The notes beneath the pieces are model-generated. The model worked only from the letters and a program-made list of their open reading frames with translations, searched no databases and was not told the origin of the DNA. The position numbers were made by a program, and so were the translations under genes. Source: Elusimicrobiota bacterium (GTDB taxonomy: Bacteria > CG03 > SLGR01 > PWQF01). Taken from it: DNA of 60,499 nt. The DNA lies in NCBI GenBank assembly GCA_003557485.1, contig PWOI01000078.1, forward strand, positions 1 through 60,499, written 5' to 3'. The stretch's first letter is position 1. Every line of letters starts with the position of its first letter. Positions 58,145-60,499 of the stretch are shown piece by piece.

Positions 58145-59284
58145 ATGAAAAGAAAAAATACTGTATTATTAATTGCGGCAATGGTATTTACAACCGGAAT
58201 TCTTGTTCCGGCTGCAGAAACACAGATGCCCCGGGAAATCAACTTCCAGGGACGGCTACTTGATTCAGATGGAAATCCGGCAACGGGTACTGCTGAAATA
58301 ACTTTCAGGATTTACAATGCCGAAACCGAAGGTGACATCATTGTTATTCATCCAGAAACCGTTACAATTGACGACGAAGGTTTCTATCAGACAACTATAG
58401 ATCTAACCGGTATTGACGATTTTGACAGGCCGCTTTATCTCTCTGTTCAGGTAGATGGAGACGATGAAATGTCGCCCAGGCTGCAGATGCTTCCTTCGGC
58501 AACCGCTATCTACGCCTCATACGCAGCAGAATCAAGCACAGCTTCTTATGCGCTATATGCCGCAACAGCAAGTTTTATGCTTGGTCACATATCAACAGCA
58601 GCATATTCCCATAATGCCGCAACCGCAACCTATGCGCTTCACGCGGCAACGGCTTCCCACCTTTTGGGAGACATAGATACCGCCTTATTTGCCAACGAAG
58701 CCTCAACGGCAAGTTACTCTCTTAAAGCGGCAACTGCCTCCTATGCAGACTATTCGTACCAGGCCGGTTACTCTCTTATCTCCGCTACGGCGAATTACGC
58801 CCTTAGCGCGGCAACGGCAAGTTTCCTGCTGGGAGAGGTATCAACGGCTGCATATTCGCACATGTCAGCCACAGCAGCTTATTCCATGCATGCTGCAACC
58901 GCATCGTACTCACTCTATTCAGGTACTGCCTCTTTTGCCTACAGTAGTTCTCTGCTGGGTGGAAAAAGTTACGAAGCGTTTTTATCGACTTCCGGAGGAC
59001 AGCTGGGAGGGGATATTGATATGGACTCACACAATATCGCTAATGTTTCTTCCATCAGTTCTCCAGACCTGGTGACAATAATAGCTTCTACTGTCGCGGT
59101 AAACGGGGATTTTGTTTTAAAAGAACCTCCCGGGGGCGATGACCTTGAACTTATATTCAGGGTAAATATCGATACAATGTCTGCCCCCGGAAGAGCCGGC
59201 ATACTGGGAACCGACAGTAAGTGGAACGTCTATATATCCACCGGAAGCGAGGAAGGGCAGTGGAGCAGGCTCAACAACCCCTGA
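58145..59284 (+). CDS. Secreted fibre-like protein with 9-10-residue (A/S)TAS(Y/F) repeats
   Basis: SD GGAGG and ATG 58145; signal peptide; INFQGRLLDSDGNP...FRIY...LSVQV...EMSPR N-domain; repeat tract ending LLGG. Confidence 0.8.
   Translation: MKRKNTVLLIAAMVFTTGILVPAAETQMPREINFQGRLLDSDGNPATGTAEITFRIYNAETEGDIIVIHPETVTIDDEGFYQTTIDLTGIDDFDRPLYLSVQVDGDDEMSPRLQMLPSATAIYASYAAESSTASYALYAATASFMLGHISTAAYSHNAATATYALHAATASHLLGDIDTALFANEASTASYSLKAATASYADYSYQAGYSLISATANYALSAATASFLLGEVSTAAYSHMSATAAYSMHAATASYSLYSGTASFAYSSSLLGGKSYEAFLSTSGGQLGGDIDMDSHNIANVSSISSPDLVTIIASTVAVNGDFVLKEPPGGDDLELIFRVNIDTMSAPGRAGILGTDSKWNVYISTGSEEGQWSRLNNP
58510..58963 (+). repeat. Degenerate 27-30-bp coding tandem repeat, about 15 units
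   Basis: Protein units STASYALYA / ATASFMLGH / ISTAAYSHNA / ATATYALHA / ATASHLLGD ... GTASFAYSS. Confidence 0.85.
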
Positions 59285-59847
59285 TGAAAAAGTTTTCCGG
59301 AAAAAGAAGAAATGTAGCCCTGATATTGCTGCTGGCCTGCGTGGCCGCTGCAGTTGCCTATTCGACTGACTCCTATACTTTAAGCCGTTTTATTGCAGCT
59401 TTCAACGCAGGAGGAAATATATCTTCGGGCAATTACGAAATGCAATCTTCTGCGGGAGAGAGCGTGTCCGGGCAAACTTCCAGCGGAAAATATCAAATGT
59501 CTGCCGGTTTCCTTACCTACTCTGCGCCGATTCCTGTTGACGTAGAACCCGAAGACGACCTGCCGGATTATATCTATGTATATCCGAATCCTTTCAGGCC
59601 GGGCTCCGGAACCGAATACGATGCGGATTTCATAACCTTTGCAAACATACCGGATGTTGATGAAATAAAAATCTATAGCCTTGCCGGGGAGCTGCTGAAT
59701 ACAATCAGGAAAGAACCGGATAACGGCAATGTAAGGTGGAAGCCCGCAAACAGGGCGGGAAGGCGGCTTGCCAGCGGCGTTTATATTTACCATATACACA
59801 GAAAGCAGGGCAAAATTGTAAGCGGAAAATTTTCTGTGATATACTGA
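59284..59847 (+). CDS. Small secreted protein with T9SS type-A-like / FlgD-like C-terminal domain
   Basis: ATG 59284 overlaps the upstream TGA; signal peptide; SS..Y....S.GE...SS..Y....GF; YVYPNPFRP...IKIYSLAGEL...LASGVYIY...GKFSVIY. Confidence 0.8.
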   Translation: MKKFSGKRRNVALILLLACVAAAVAYSTDSYTLSRFIAAFNAGGNISSGNYEMQSSAGESVSGQTSSGKYQMSAGFLTYSAPIPVDVEPEDDLPDYIYVYPNPFRPGSGTEYDADFITFANIPDVDEIKIYSLAGELLNTIRKEPDNGNVRWKPANRAGRRLASGVYIYHIHRKQGKIVSGKFSVIY

Positions 59848-60338
59848 TGAAAATATCGTTCATATTAATATTTCTGCTGAGTTTTTTAACTTTCCCCGCA
59901 ATCTCAAATGATTGGAACTGGGAATATGATCTCTGGGTAAAAGAGTTCTCACGCAGGAATGATGTCTGTCCGCGCCTGGTTCTTGCCGTTATTGAAGTGG
60001 AATCAAATTTCAGGCATTCTTCCGTTTCCCCGGCCGGGGCTGTCGGATTTATGCAGCTGATGCCCTCAACAGCGCTTATGCTTGGGATTGCCGACCCCAG
60101 CGACCCGATTGAAAATCTGAGAGGAGGGATAAAATATCTCGGAATTCTGAAAAAACAGTTTGACCGTAATATCCCTATGGCGCTTGCAGCATACAACGCA
60201 GGGCCGACTGCTGTAAGAAGATACGGCAGCATACCACCTTTTAAGGAGACCCATAATTTTGTTTTCAGGGTTCTTGACAGGTACGAATACTATAATAGAG
60301 AGGGAACCGGCTCGGCTATATTCAGTATAACTCCCTGA
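59847..60338 (+). CDS. Lytic transglycosylase (SLT/GH23)
   Basis: ATG 59847 overlaps the upstream TGA; AVIEVESNF, SPAGAVGFMQLMP, ALAAYNAG, IPPFKET. Confidence 0.92.
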   Translation: MKISFILIFLLSFLTFPAISNDWNWEYDLWVKEFSRRNDVCPRLVLAVIEVESNFRHSSVSPAGAVGFMQLMPSTALMLGIADPSDPIENLRGGIKYLGILKKQFDRNIPMALAAYNAGPTAVRRYGSIPPFKETHNFVFRVLDRYEYYNREGTGSAIFSITP

Positions 60339-60499
60339 CAGTTCAGCTGCACCCAAACCGCCATCAAACAGAAGGGTAATAGGAATATATTATTATCAAA
60401 GGGTTTGTAACGCCCCCCATAAACCTCTCTATACAATCCGCAGCCTAAAGTGGAATTACTTCTGAATTTATATTATTAATTAGATTAAAAATGAATTAA

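Noticed and set aside
58510-58963. CRISPR array or prophage tail gene
   Set aside because: The repeats are degenerate, codon-phased and have no spacers. The protein has a signal peptide and no phage or cas genes are nearby.
60339-60499. Possible riboswitch or ncRNA after the SLT gene
   Set aside because: No recognisable consensus or convincing stem; the region is AT-rich and cut by the window edge.

Overview
Chromosomal window from a diderm bacterium. The mix of PorV/PorP-like barrels, FlgD/T9SS-like C-terminal domains and CBM-like repeats suggests Elusimicrobiota or a related lineage, but that is inference only. Almost all genes are on the + strand. In order: (1) 1-13.8 kb, a carbohydrate locus with a very large polytopic-membrane GH94 phosphorylase (interrupted by an in-frame TAG and possibly a frameshift), a secreted CBM-GH144-CBM9-like glucanase, a triple-CBM protein with a secretion-type CTD, a PorV/PorP-like barrel and a CBM-fused outer-membrane barrel. 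(2) ABC1/UbiB kinase, rubredoxin, a conserved hypothetical and a 31-aa bS22-like gene. (3) A MoxR-DUF58-BatA/vWA-DUF4159-GATase-like-DUF4175 cluster. (4) TPR-peptidase, GGDDF-HEAT protein, DUF4416, DHH-CBS tRNA nucleotidyltransferase, and a Kelch-FN3-CTD protein with a second barrel partner. (5) M50 protease, trpS, scpAB and the pheA-hisC-aroF-tyrA-aroA-cmk-plsC-ispH-rpsA superoperon, interrupted by an Arg-repeat microprotein and an inverted CoA-activase gene. (6) A peptidase/PD40/barrel gene, murJ, a short uvrC, a 9-residue-repeat secreted fibre-like protein, a CTD protein and a lytic transglycosylase. I found no rRNA, tRNA, CRISPR array or mobile element. Several single-base lesions (homopolymer frameshifts, apparent G>T changes) may be assembly errors. 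All family calls come from motif recognition by eye, not database searches.
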